In this document: positions 11,486 to 25,277 of the stretch, in pieces
Numbering within the stretch: position 1 is the first letter of the stretch
Layout of the letters: each line of letters opens with the position of its first letter
Source of the DNA: Octopus vulgaris
Lineage: Eukaryota
DNA length: 64,000 bases
Direction: 5' to 3'
NCBI GenBank assembly: GCA_951406725.2
Contig: OX597834.1
Span: 41,912,001-41,976,000 of the forward strand
Made by a program: the position numbers and the translations under genes
Notes under the pieces: generated by a model
Told to the model about the DNA's origin: nothing
What the model saw: only the letters and a program-made list of their open reading frames with translations
The model's database searches: none

Positions 11486-12220
11486 TGCCCTATTTCTTAG
11501 GAACTGTTTCTTGCAGTTCCTAATGGTAATTTTCTCTTTTTCCTTCCCCCCTACAAGATATGATTAGCCATGCAAATCCTCTTCAAGAACCTGCACTGCT
11601 GCACCACTCATTCCCTAGTGAGGAGATGGCCCTTCTCTTTGCCCCCCGCCCGCCGAGGGGGGTGGGGTGTAGTTCCATGAGCTGCATGGCAACCTCGATA
11701 GTGCAGGTAGCCTGAATGAAAGCACCGAGTCAGCTCTGTAAAGTGGTTGGTGTTAGGAAGAGGATTTGGCCATATAAACCACCAGGGCATAACAGACACT
11801 GCGGCATAAGGAAGTCCTTGGACACACCAGGTCCTGTCAATTTGTCCAACCCAGGACAGCATGGGACATGAACGTCGAATGACAATGACGACGATAACAA
11901 CAATGATAACGATAATGATATTTCTGTGTTTGATATTAGTATTTCTTGGTATCGATGTGTTTGACATTTTCCAACTGATTTTCCAGCCATAAGACTCTTT
12001 CTTCTGAGATCTGCTGTTTCACATTTCTCATTATCTCATTGTAGAAACCTGAAGGAATATCGTCTTTGGTATCGGTTCAAATGGCTCACTTGGCTTCCTC
12101 TCAATTCTAATCATTTAGCTTTGATGGCTGTTTACCTGATTACCATTGATTTTTTTTTGTTTTCTTTACATCCATTTCCATTCTTATAATTACATAATAT
12201 ATGTATAATTATATATATAC

Positions 12221-12254
<34 letters not shown>

Positions 12255-12633
12255 ATGTATGTACATAAGTGTATGTATGTATGCATGCATATATATGTAT
12301 GTATGTATATATATGTATATATGTATGTATATATATGTATAACGGGAAGCTTTATGAAAATAAACAAAAGACGAAGGCAGGTGGAAAACAAACGAACAAG
12401 TATGTAAGCATATATTTATATACATAAATATATACATACATAAACATACATATATATACATAAATACATACATATACATACATGCTCATACATATATATA
12501 TACATACACTAGCAGTATGTATGTATATGTATGTATGTATGTATTTATGACTGTCAAGCAGGCGGTGGGGGGAAGCACAAACACAAAGACACACACACAC
12601 ACATAAATATATACATACATATACGTATGTATG

Positions 12634-12762
12634 AGGCATAGGAGTGGCTGTGTGGTAAGTAGCTAGCTAGTAGTCCCACTGCATGGCACCTTCTACTATA
12701 GTCTTGGGCCAACTAAAGCCTTGTGAGTGGATTTGGTAGACGGAAAATGAAAGAAGCCCGCT
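12634..12762 (+). mobile_element. SINE family A head, internally deleted
   Basis: GGAGTGGCTGTGTGGTAAGTAGC...GAAAGAAGCCCG. Confidence 0.75.
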
Positions 12763-12959
12763 GTATATATGTGTGTATATATATATATATATATAGAGAG
12801 AGAGACGGTATATAGACGTACACTCAAATACACATAGTTACCCCTATTTGTGCTTGCACATGCATGCACATCACCACTTCTCTCTCCGTGTTACACATCA
12901 TGTAAACAAATCGAGATGTAAATATTTTTTCTGTATTCAAAAGACGAGAGAAGAAATAT

Positions 12960-13338
12960 TCTTTCCTACTCTAGGCACAGGGCTCGAAATTTTGGGGAAG
13001 GGTGCTAGTCGATTACATCAGCCTCAGAGCACAACTGGTACTTAATTTATCGACCCCGAAAGGATGAAAGGTAAACTCGACCTCGGCGGAATTTGAACTC
13101 AGAACATAAAGACAGACGAAATACCTATTTCTTTACTACCCACAAGGGGCTACACACAGAGGGGACAAACAGGGACAGACAAATGGATTAAGTCGATTAT
13201 ATCGACTCCAGTGTTTCACTGGTACTTATTTAATCGACCCCGAAAGGATGAATGGCAAAGTCGACCTCGGCGGAATTTGAACTCAGAACGTAACGGCAGA
13301 CGAAATACCCTTAAGCATTTCGCCCGGCGTGCTAACGG
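12960..13338 (-). mobile_element. SINE family C with tandemly duplicated body
   Basis: Head ends at ~13337 (reverse complement of GGCGGCGGGTTGGCAGAACC); the GGTACTTA..CGACCCCGAAAGGATGAA block occurs twice. Confidence 0.85.
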
Positions 13339-14722
13339 TTCTGCCAACCCGCCGCCTTCGATAGAAGAAATATCGGATCGGCTGGAGAGTGGGTCATACC
13401 TGATTTTCTATTTTCGTTTCAAGTGCAAACTAAACAAAAAAAATAAGAAAAGTACACAGGTTATTACAGCATGATTACGGCAATCAAGCCGAGGCTGTTT
13501 TCTTATTGATCCTAATAATTAATCAATAAGCAAAGAGTAATTCCCGGCAAACGGCTCCTGCCCCTCACCACCACCACCTCGCTCTGAATACTACCATCAC
13601 GACCACCTTCGACACTAATAACAACAGCAGCCACAAATCTATGAACATAAACATCAACACCCTGTTAACGCATAACACCATCAGCTGGTAACAAGAACAT
13701 ACGATAAAGTCATTTGCTGCTCCCATATAAGTTTCAACAGTTGAGTGTAAAACTTTTTTCCATAGAAGCCAGTCAGGTTTTGCGGTTATTTCGAGGTTTG
13801 AAAACGAGGAAGCATGAAAGAATAGGAAATTAAGAAGAATCATCGAAGCAAGGAGAGAAACTTAAAAACTGAAAGAAAGAGAAATACATACAATATATTT
13901 ATATACAGATCGTTTTTGAAGTGATATAATAATAATAAAAAAAAAAACTGAGATTTGAAATCAAATAAAAATACACAAACAAAACAAAAGGAAAAGAAAA
14001 GAATTGGAAAAACACACAAAAAAATTTTAAATCAAATAAGTATTTGAAAATGTTTCGAACTTGCAGTATTTTCGTTCAACTCGCAACGCGACCCTTACTT
14101 TGTCCTGTCAAAAATAATCTGAAGCTTCATTCAGTGACGAGAATGTTGAAAAGGTAAGTGTTAGACATGTCTTCTTATTAATTTATTGGCTTTGTCCGGT
14201 GCCTGATTTTAATTAGAGGGCAGCCTTAAAGCATGATCGGAGGCCCCCCTGTTAAAAAATGTACACCAGGAAGTCTTGCAAAGATTGAAAATATACATAT
14301 TAATTATTTAAAAGTTTCCCGCAGATTGCGAGGCCCTAATCTGTAATTGTGCTTAGCATTTACTGACGTCTAACGGCAGAAGCAGTGAACTGAATTAATT
14401 CCAAATATATGTACACAGACGGTCTCTATCTTAGTTTCTCTTGGATTCCATCTGTTGAAAGATTCCTTTATCCTGGCCAGTTTTTATATTCACTGTGTGA
14501 ATTTTTAAAGATTGTTTTTTTAAACGGTTTTATAATAATAATGAAATTATTGTATACAGTGCTCAGGTGCACCACAACTTTCCCGCGATATATGACACTT
14601 AACTCTTTGAGAAGTATAAACATGTACAGAGATGCATGGATTCGTGTTGTATGGATATATTAGGAATTAATGACCTTTGAGGGTCCCCAGAGAGTAGTAA
14701 ATGTAAAAGGGTTATAGAAATC

Positions 14723-14872
14723 ACCACAGGTAAGTTATGTCAGGAACGTCTTCGACCTACAGGTTCGTACTTTCTCTCAGAACTTACTCGGGGTTAAACA
14801 ACAATCCATGAGTTCTGAGAGAAAGTACGAACCTGTAGGTTGAAGACATTCCTGATATAACTTACCTGCGGT
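14723..14872. repeat. Imperfect ~62-bp-arm inverted repeat (hairpin or MITE-like)
   Basis: 14723-14784 pairs with 14811-14872 with ~4 transition mismatches; 26-nt loop. Confidence 0.85.
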
Positions 14873-15894
14873 TTTTCTTTAAAATTTCAGATGCAGTGTA
14901 TCTAGGATTACACTACTCGGTGTGTCCTTTATTTTTTAGACAATGGATTGCGATTTGAGAGCGACGTTGTAACTATTTCTAGCATATCGGGCTTCTTTCC
15001 TGCAGCAGTGTCGAGGAAAGATAGAATATTGGATGTTAAGATAACCAAGTTTTATGGGAATATCTCAGACCAGAGCATGCAACGTAGGGCTGACGGTCTT
15101 GGACATTTTCAGTGTTCCCGTGGAACTGAGTTGTAAATTAGCTAGTGCGCCCCTCCCCGCAAACCGTAATTTCTTTGGATGTGTAAGATATAAGCATTGT
15201 AGATTACGATCCAGCAACTTTCTTTTTGTATCGAGAGTGGGGATACCGCTCCATCTTTTTCGTTATTCTTCATTGTTGACTTTGTTGTGAATGTTCTTTT
15301 TTTTTTTTTGCTCAGATATATGTTTTAAGCGTTTAAAATTAGGATTCTTCAAAAATATGCGTAATAAGTCTGGAAAAAAAAAAAATTCTCGAACCAGAAG
15401 TCAAAACCGAAATGGAAGGTGAGACGGATGGGAGCTACCCCCAGCCAAATTCGGTTTTTGAAATTATTATCTATACAATACTTAAAGCTTACATATTCAA
15501 AGCAATTAAGGATTTTGGCACACTAGATAATTTCCGACGCTGTTGTATAGGAACGCATCACTTACTAGAGATCTCTCCCAGTACTTGATGGGTTCTTTAT
15601 ATTATCAACCTTAGGAAATATTAACCACAGCAGGATTAGTAAAGCAGACACGGAATTTAAGTCTAAACTTAGATGTCCATATGGATCTTAAGCAAAGAGT
15701 GCCACACCTTTTAGATATCAGATTTAAAACTGATATAATGAGAAAATGACCTTTATAAGAAACGGCTTTGTTGTCAACCCGACTGACCATGTGTTGTTCT
15801 GCTACCTGTAATTGGCAGAAAATAGCATTAAGTACGTGTCATGATGTAATCGATATTTAGATTAATGCAGCTGTGTTTCTGTGTATACGTGTAA

Positions 15895-16108
15895 CTGTGT
15901 GTACGTATGTGTGTGTATGTATGTATGTATGTATGTACGTACGTATGCATGTATGCATGTATGTATGTATGTATGTATGTATGTATGTATGTATGTATGT
16001 ATGTATGTATGTATGTATGTATGCATGCATGTATGTATGCATGTATGCATGTATGTGTGTGTGTATTTATGTATGTATCTATCTATATAAACGTGTCTAT
16101 CTACCTAC

Positions 16109-16180
<72 letters not shown>

Positions 16181-16388
16181 TTTTTTTTCCTCTCCCCCCT
16201 TTTTTTTAACCCCCCTTTTTTTTGTCCTCTTTCTCTCCTTTTACGATCCCTTTTGATCGAAACTCCCCCTTCCTTTTTTTTTTTTTTAAACCTTCAAAAG
16301 AAAAGCTCTACCTTGTAATTTGTTCTATCTGTGTGCAGCCCTGTGTGGCTAATAAAGAAACATATCTATCTATCTATCTATCTATCTA

Positions 16389-16419
<31 letters not shown>

Positions 16420-16452
16420 CCTACCTACCTACCTACCTACCTACCTACCTAC

Positions 16453-16495
<43 letters not shown>

Positions 16496-16590
16496 AACGT
16501 GTCTATCTATCTAGCTATCTATCTATCTATCTATCTGTCTGTCTGTCTGTCTGTCTGTCCGTCCGTCCGTCTTTCCGTCTCTCTGTCTGT
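15895..16590. repeat. Compound (TATG)n/(TATC)n/(TACC)n/(TGTC)n microsatellite with an embedded retroposon 3' end
   Basis: Visible tetranucleotide tracts; insert ~16178-16362 ends GCCCTGTGTGGCTAATAAAGAAA. Confidence 0.85.
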
Positions 16591-16943
16591 CTACGTTTAA
16601 TGAATTGTGATGTTCCTCACCGACTTTGTTTCCTCATTAAATTATTAATAATTAACGTTTCTTATTGAAATTTTACTGAGTTGCATTTCTGAAGGCGTAG
16701 ATGGCTCCTATGTTGTTAAAAGATTTTTTAAGTTTTGGAGATTTTTTTTTCTTACATGGGAAAGAAGTCCACACCCTTTTAATTGCTTAATAATTTACTC
16801 ACGATCAGTCATTACACAGCATAAAAATGAATTTATGACTATATTATTATCAATATGAAATTGGAAAACCCGTTAAAATAAAGTTTCCAGTTTTTGTTTA
16901 GATGAGTACAAGGCAAATGGAAAATTATATATTTTTTTAATCA

Positions 16944-17132
16944 TAGGCGCAGGAGTGGCTGTGTGGTAAGTAGCTTGCTTACGAACCACATGGTTCTGGG
17001 TTCATTATCACTGCATGGCACCTTGGGCAAGTGTCTTCTACTATAGCCTCGGGCCGACCAAAGCCTTGTGAGTGGATTTAGTAGACGGAAACTGAAAGAA
17101 GCCCGTCGTATATATGTATATATATATATGTA

Positions 17133-17192
<60 letters not shown>

Positions 17193-17425
17193 GATATATA
17201 TATAGATGTATGTGTGTGTGTCTATGTTTGTGTGTCTGTGTTTGTCCCCAACATCGCTTGACAACCGATGGTGGTGTGTTTACGTCCCCGTAACTTAACA
17301 GTTCGGCAAAAGAGACCGATAGAATAAGTACTAGGCTTACAGAGAATAAGTCCTGGGGTCGGTTTGCGCAACTAAATGCGGCGCTCCAGCATGGCCGCAG
17401 TCAAATGACTGAGACAAGTAAAAAA
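16944..17425 (+). mobile_element. SINE family A, full length, expanded (TA)n
   Basis: Family A head and tail. Confidence 0.92.
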
Positions 17426-17534
17426 TTATAAAAGAGAATACCTTTCCATTTAATGTTGATGATTAAGGTGGCCCAAAGCCAAGGTAACTTGTTTGTTGGA
17501 CGTTAGGTAAATTATGTCTCCTGAAATTTGCTTT

Positions 17535-17740
17535 CATTCTTCCTTGATCAGATCCAGTTGGAATGCTTCTTAGCTGCTTCTGCCATTGCTTTAAGAACCC
17601 TGGTCCTCCTTCAACCAGAAATTGAGAGCTGTTTCACGAGAGATCAATAGCAGATTTGCTTACAAATTCTCTCATACCAACTTCTATAGTTGGGGCATCA
17701 ATCTGTAGTTATGCCGATAGCTGTACAATCTAGGTCATCT
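17535..17740 (-). mobile_element. Degenerate restriction-like-endonuclease LINE C-terminus (Hero/NeSL-like)
   Basis: Translates IEVGMREFVSKS...RTRVLKAMAEAAKKHSNWI*SRK, resembling the EVGCRGFV...EAAE..S.WLW.RR C-terminal motif. Confidence 0.55.
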
Positions 17741-18211
17741 GAGCAAGATATTTTAATCATTATGAGTGCAGACTGTCTTAACTGGTGGTTGGTGCTGCGT
17801 TTAGGTTTATGTGAATTAAACAAACAGGAGGGAAGAATGGTTCTCCAATATACCACATTAAGAAAACAGAATATTTTCCACTATTTACATTGCATTTCCA
17901 TCTAAATTTTTCAGTGACTATTCATCTTGTCACCTGCTGTTGAACTATAGACAAATATTGTTTAATCACACCATATAGCAGTTGTTGATGGTACAAGGGT
18001 TCGGTATAGAAATAATTGACCAGAATACAGACAAAGGAACATAGCTGTCACTTTTACATATCAATAATGAGTAAATAGTGTTCTGGAAAGGAAGTGAAAA
18101 ACATCTTTAGAATACTTTAGTGGAGAAAGTCAGGAGCTGTATATAGTTGATAGATGCATGTGAACGCTGGTTATGGAAATTTTGCTTCTCAACCACTTGG
18201 TCCTGGGTTCA

Positions 18212-18907
18212 AGCTCTGAGTACAAATGTCTTATTTTCATAAGTTTTGAATTAAAATCTTCCACCAAACCTTAGTCACAATTTATGTTCCTAACACTAGC
18301 TTAATAATAACTAAGTTATTTTACTAAATTCTTTGTTATATTTAAAATTAATTGAAAGAAACACAGAGCATCTCAACAGAAATACGGTAATGAAAGGGTT
18401 CAAATATACAATAGAGAAACAATTCTTAACGCTTTCAATACCAACCTAGATGAAACCAACTCTGCCTCTGTAGTACAAATGTCTCGTTTTCATAAGTTTT
18501 GAATTAAAAATCTTCCACCAAACCTTAGTCACAATTTATGTTCCTAACACTAGCTTAATAATAACTAAGTTATTTTACTAAATTCTTTGTTATATTTAAA
18601 ATTAATTGAAAGAAACACAGAGCATCTCAACAGAAATACGGTAATGAAAGGGTTCAAATATACAATAGAGAAACAATTCTTAACGCTTTCAATACCAACC
18701 TAGATGAAACCAACTCTGCCTCTGTAGTACAAATGTCTTGTTTTCATAAGTTTTGAATTAAAAATCTTCCACCAAACCTTAGTCACAATTTATGTTCCTA
18801 ACACTAGTTTAATGATAAATAATTTTATTTTACTAAATTCTTTGTTACATTTAAAATTAATTGAAAGAAACAGAGAGCATCTCAACAGAAATATGGTACC
18901 AAAAGGG
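18212..18907 (-). mobile_element. piggyBac-type MITE, tandem trimer (254-bp period)
   Basis: Units start at 18430 and 18684, with a partial unit before them; TIR C(C/G)CTTTC...GAAAGGG with TTAA at the junctions. Confidence 0.8.
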
Positions 18908-19236
18908 TTAATTAAGACTGAAGTTGAGCCATGGTCATTACTCGAGTTTTATGTCATCATGATCTTCAGGCAAAACTAATATGTTTCAGTGTTGGTGGTC
19001 GTGGTGGGGTGGGGTGGTCTGTTATTTGTCTTCACTCTTTAGATATTTTATTGGCTGTATGCCTGCAGCTGTTTCTATTTCATGCAATTGTGGGTGTGGG
19101 GAATGTTTAAAATTTTTTTTTATGCTAGGTCGATGCCTTGGTGTTTAATACATGCATTTATTTATTTATTTGCATTTAATTTATTTGAGTAATTTTAATT
19201 TGTGTGAATGTGTGTATGTATGTATGTATGTATGTA

Positions 19237-19275
<39 letters not shown>

Positions 19276-19442
19276 TTGTGTGCAAGCATGTGTGTACGTG
19301 TCCTTGAGGTTTTTATAAATAAACATCTGTATTTGATTATATCTCGTTTATTCATTCCTTGTAAAATATATTTCGTCATGCCAGCATGGGTTAGATGATT
19401 ATATTATCGAGGCATTGTTTCAGAGGTGGATGAAAAATCTAA

Positions 19443-20321
19443 ATGTATGTATGTATGTATGTATGTATGTATGCATGCATGTATGTATGCATGCATGTAT
19501 GTATATATGCATGTGTGCATGTACATATGTATGTATGTATGCATGCATGCATGTATGTATGTATTTATGCATGCATGCATGTATGTATGTATTTATGCAT
19601 GCATGCATGTATGTATGCATGTATGTATGTATGTATGCATGCATGTATGTATGTATGCATGAATGTATGTATATATGTATCCATGCATGCATGCATGTAT
19701 GTATGTATGTATGTCGGTATGTATGCATGCATGCAGGCATGCATGCATGTATATATGCATGTATGTATGTATGTATGTATGTATGTATGCATGTGTGTGT
19801 GTATGTATGTATTTATGTATGTATGTATGTATGCATGTATGTATGCATGTATTCATGTATGCATGTATGTATGTATTTATGCATGCATGCATGTATGTAT
19901 GTATGCATGCATGCATGTATGTATGTATGTATGCATGCATGTATGTATGTATGTATGTATATATGCATATGTGCATGTACATATGTATGTATGCATGCAT
20001 GCATGCATGTATGTATTTATGCATGCATGTATGTATGTGTGTGTGTATGTATGTATGTATGTATGTATGTATGTATGCATGTATGTATATATGTATGCAT
20101 GCATGCATGTATGTATTTATGTATGCATGCATGTATGTATGTATGTATGTATGTATCTATGTATGCATGCATGCATGTATGTATGCATGCATACATGTAT
20201 GTATGTATTTATGCATGCATGTATGTATGTATGTATGTATGTATGTATGCATGCATGCATGTATGCATGTATGCATATGTATGTATGCATGTATGTATGC
20301 ATGTATGTCTGTCTGTCTGTA

Positions 20322-20360
<39 letters not shown>
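19443..20360. repeat. (TATG/CATG)n compound microsatellite
   Basis: Directly visible; source of the spurious MYVC/HTYI ORFs. Confidence 0.95.
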
Positions 20361-20384
20361 ATTCTCATGCATAGCATGAGAATA

Positions 20385-21020
20385 CATACATAAAACATAA
20401 AACATAGTTGCATGTCTAGACATGCTTGTATATATTTAAATGGTGAACTTCTGGAAAGTTTTACAGATTTTTACAGTTCCAGTGATGGATTGGATCTGTT
20501 GCCTTCGAATTAGCTTTCTCCTTTCTGGTTTTCAGAAGCCTAATTTCTCAAGATTAGTATTTAGGCAGTGTATTTCTTAATAGTTCAGCATAGATCTTCT
20601 CTTTTTCACTGATCTTCAGCTTTATGTTAACATCCACTGGGCAGCTAATTTCTACAACTGTGCACAGTTTCTCTTCTCTATTTCAAATCATTATATCAGG
20701 TCTGTTGTGTTTACATTTTATTGAGGTCTCCACAGGTACATTCCTCCAGTAATTCCTTTTCATTATGAGTGGCTATGGTTTCTACCATATTGTGGGTTCT
20801 TATTTATTTGTCCTCGGGATTATCCTTCCGACGGATTTCATCATAGAGTATCCTAGCTACAACGTCATGTCTCATCGGTAGATAATACCATGATGACATT
20901 TTCGGACAACTGCTTATGATGCAGGTGATATCTTCAGCGTGAACTCCACAAAGTCAGCATCGGTTGTCACACTTTACGGCTTCACCTGCATCTCTATCTC
21001 TTTTGTGCATCAGGTACTTT
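20385..21020 (-). mobile_element. R4/Dong-clade LINE 3' fragment (CCHC knuckle plus REL endonuclease), pseudogenised
   Basis: Translates C*LCGVHAEDITCIISSCPKM...YLPMRHDVVARILY...KHNRPDIMI*...VVEISCP...EKEKIYAELL. Confidence 0.8.
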
Positions 21021-21317
21021 CCCATGACCGAATCGAGAATTTCTCAGACAAGATATTTGGTTTCGTGTATTTCCATATGCTTCATCAATGAGAGCCACCT
21101 GATTGGCTGATGTCAGCTAATTCTGCCGGTCAGCATATATGCATTTACCATAGCAAAAATCTTTGAGTAATTTAGTGGAATGCTAACGTGCATACGAAAA
21201 ATTAATATGAACTGCTGGGTGCAATATTATACCATAAAGGAAAATTCAATCCTCATTAAATGCAGTTAAGGGTATATGTGTGTGTATGTGTATATGTCTC
21301 TGTGTGTGTGTGTGTAA

Positions 21318-21408
<91 letters not shown>

Positions 21409-22184
21409 AACACACACACACACACACACACATAGACACACAATAAAATGTTCACATATCCTACACCAACAAACCAAACAGCATCTCTCCTCCTAAACTA
21501 CATCTCTTCTCTTCTCACATTTCCTCTTCATACACTGTGATTATCTCCCATTCCCCAATCCTGACCTCTCTCTCTCCCCCTCTGCCCTCTCCCCCTCTCC
21601 CCTCTCCCCCCCTCTCTCCCCTTGCTCATCTCATCCCTTTGGTTGGGTAACCGTGTATCCCCTTTACAGCAGCACACCTGTTTCTGACCTCATTCTTGTT
21701 AAACCCCTCCTCTCCGATTGGGTAACCATTTACTTCCTCTACATCAAGACACCTGTTTCTGTCTCTTTATCTCTCTGAGACAAGATCCCTTCCTCCAATG
21801 TCTCCCCTCCCCTCTCAAAGATTCCTTGTCTTGCAAGTTACTTGGAGACCCTGCCAGTGCTGGTGCCACATAAAAAGCATCCAGCCCACACTCTAAAGTG
21901 GTTGGCATTTTGAAGGGCATCCAGCTGTAAAAACCTTGCCAAAAAATTAACCTCACCTCTGCTGGTACCATGTAAAAAGCACTTAGTCTACTCAGTGGAG
22001 TGGTTGGTGTTAGGAAGGGCATCCAACCATAAAAACCTTGCCAAAACAGACACAGAAGTCTGGTGCAGTCTTCTGCCTGACCAGCATCTATGAAACCGTC
22101 CAACACATGCCAGCATGGAGGGCATATGTTAAACAATGATGATGGACTGATGTGTGCACACACACATCAATATATTTACATATT

Positions 22185-22340
22185 TCTTATATAAAATCTA
22201 TTCTGTCTGTCTGTGTGTGCATCTTCTCGGATCTCGGGCATCTGCCATCCGATTGCGCTCAAATTTGATATGTAGATACTGATGGTATCAGGGCATGTAT
22301 AAGTCTTGAAAAAATTACAAAGATCAATTCCAGGTGAGAA
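22185..22340 (+). mobile_element. Non-autonomous Helitron/Helentron-like 5' fragment
   Basis: TCTTATATAAAATCT then (TCTG)n then CCGATTGCGCTCAAATTTG, an architecture typical of such elements. Confidence 0.45.
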
Positions 22341-23255
22341 TGCGATCGATAAAGCCGTTTTTGTCCTGCTTTTCTTCCGTCAACCTGTACATAACTGCAC
22401 CTTCCATTTTTTGTTGTTTTTGTACTGCTTAAAGGCACGTTTCTTTCCTGCCAAGCTTACTGTTTAAACCACGTTTGTGTTCTCCCAGTCAACAGCCTTA
22501 TCATTACTGGTACTTTAAACTCTTCAGTTGCATATTTGTGTGAATTGTGAATAAAATCGTGAATAAAATAGAAAAAAAAGTCTATCTTTATTTCTTCTTT
22601 TGCTGGTGTCTCAAATTTAGGTTAAATCAGTGTTTCTCAAAGGGGAGGCCTATGGGATGGTCGGACAAGTTGTTTTGAGAAAATTTGGTTTAAATGTTTG
22701 ACAACTCAGCACTGTCCATTGGATGGGGGCCGTTTTGCTCATATATACATATACATATACACGTACACACACATATACAAATAGCTGTACACATATACAC
22801 ATACATTTTACTTGAAAATCAGGTAAGGCTTTAGCAACACGAAGGGCATCCAGCTGTGAAACAACGCCTCAATAATATAATCATGTAACCCATGCTAGCA
22901 TGACAAAAGAGATGTAATAACGAATGGACAAATGAAATAATGCAATAGAGATGCTTATTTATAAAGACTGAAGCACATGCTTACACAAACACACACACAC
23001 ACAGACACACACACACATAAATCTATAAATCAGAATATCATTACAGTTCGACCCCTTCCGTTTATGAGTGTATGGTAAATAGAAATTAATAGAAAGATAA
23101 AAATATTGATTTCTCACTTAAGTGCAAGGTCAGCCCTAATTGGGAGTGTCTTGTCAATAGAAACAATCAAAGGTCTTCTGTTATTTGCTTGTTTTTCCCA
23201 CTTCTCGTTCATTGGTTAAAGCCAAAGTTTTTAGTGTCTCAAGCTCAACAACATC

Positions 23256-23472
23256 TGAGGAGGTGCCGAAAAGTTCCTGGTTTTGGGTAAAAGGAAAATA
23301 CAGGAGGATCAGTTAATTATGGTTTTATTGAACATATTCCCCTTTCTGATTTACACATTACTGCAGTTGTCTTTTCGTTTTCCTAAGCTCTATAAAAGAA
23401 CACAGAAGTTTGGGCCTTCAACCAGGCCTTTTATGATACCCTTAAAGCCAGGAAATTTTCAGCACCCCCTCA
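23256..23472. mobile_element. Tc1/mariner-type MITE
   Basis: TIRs TGAGGAGGTGCCGAAAAGTTCCTGG / CCAGGAAATTTTCAGCACCCCCTCA, followed by TA. Confidence 0.75.
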
Positions 23473-23514
23473 TAAATATATATACATATATGTGTGTGTG
23501 TGTGTGTGTGTGTA

Positions 23515-23546
<32 letters not shown>

Positions 23547-24097
23547 TATACATGTATTTATGTATTATATTATATTTCTTTCACCTTGACCCAAATGTGT
23601 GTATTTGTATATATATGTGCATATATATATATGCATATGCATATGTGTGTGTGTGTGCATTTGTGCATGTGTGAATGAATGCAATTATCTCTTTCCAGGC
23701 TTCTGCTTTATCTAATTACATCTTCAGGTAAAAATACCAATATTTTTTTTTTTTTTTTGTTAATTTAATTACTTCCATTAAATTACTCCTGTGCAATTCT
23801 GCCTGAAAACCAAACTCAAGCAGATGACTGTTTCCTGTCAACAGACCCAACAGCCAACTCACGTTGCTAAGATTCAGCAAACCCCAAAATCCGTTGCTTG
23901 GCACCGTTCTCTTTTCTTCAGTGCTTCATACTGTTATCAGTAAAAGAACATCAATCAAGCTTTTAAGTTTGATTTCCTTTACTGCTTGTTTCTATGGCAA
24001 CTCTGATTTCCAGTCATAATTAGACATCGAGAACTAACTGTTCATAAGTATGCATATGTGTTTGCATGTACGGGTGTATATACATACATATACATAC

Positions 24098-24154
<57 letters not shown>

Positions 24155-24545
24155 ATAAAACATAATCCATAGGTCAGAAATAATATGCACTCATATATTT
24201 GCCAATAGATTGGGTATATTAATCAAAATGTACAGTAGTATATATGAATTATGGCCAATTTTATGGAATTCCATAACTGCCATTTCTGAAGAGTGTAGGG
24301 TCACATAATCAGGCTATTATCTAACACACTGTTAAATTTCTAGTGTGAAACCAATTGATAATGGATATTTAGCACATCGATTAATATATATATGAGTGTG
24401 TGTGTGTGTGCATGTATGTATGGGTGTGTACACACACACACACACACACAGACATACACAATGGGCTTCTTTTAGTTTCTGTCTACCAAGCCCACTCACA
24501 AGCTTCTTGTTGGCATAAGTCTACAGTGGAAAAGATTATATTATA

Positions 24546-24870
24546 AGGCACATGGCTCAATGGTTAGAGCATTGAGCTTACAACCATGAGGTAGTGAGTT
24601 TGATTTCCAGACCAGGCTGTGTGTTGTTCTTGAGCAAGATTCTTTATATCACCTTGCTCCTGTTTCCTCAGCTGTAGAAATGAGTTGTGATGTCACTGGT
24701 GCCGGGCTGTATCAACCTTTGTCTTTCCCTTGGACAACATTGGTGGCACGGAGAGGGGAGACTGGCACTGTTAGTCTTCCATAAACACCCCAGCCTGTAC
24801 TTGTGCCTCAGAGGGTAACCTTTCTAGGTGCAATCCCATGGTCATCCATAACCAAAGGGGTTCTTTACAC
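24546..24870 (+). mobile_element. Diverged tRNA-derived SINE related to family D
   Basis: GGCACATGGCTCAATGGTTAGAGC (A box)...GAGTTTGATTTCCAGACC (B box). Confidence 0.65.
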
Positions 24871-24989
24871 TTTATATATTATCATTACGGTCAACGATTT
24901 TTCATGTTTGACGTCATTTCTGAGTCCTATGTGACATAAGATGACCTCTTAACTGTTTATTCTGTTACATCCATTGTTTGTTCCTTCTC

Positions 24990-25277
24990 AAGCCACGCCT
25001 GGCTCATAAGGGCCAGTTTCCCAGTTTCCTTGGCGTATAGGTTTCCTACCTGGACAGGACGCCGGTCCTTCGCAAGTAAACTGCAAGATGCAGGAGGAAA
25101 GAGTGAGAGAAAGTTGTGGCGAAAGAGTCAGCAGAAGTTCGCCATTACCTTCTGCCGGAACCACGTGGAGCTAAGGTGTTTCGCTCATAAACACACACAT
25201 CGCCTGGTCTGTGATTCAAACCCACGATCCCTCGACCGTGAGTCTGCTGCTCTAACCACTAGGCCATGTGCCTCCAC
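24990..25277 (-). mobile_element. SINE family D
   Basis: Reverse complement of GTGGAGGCACATGGCCTAGTGGTTAGAGCAGCAGACTC...GGTTTGAATC; matches 28852-29110. Confidence 0.85.
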
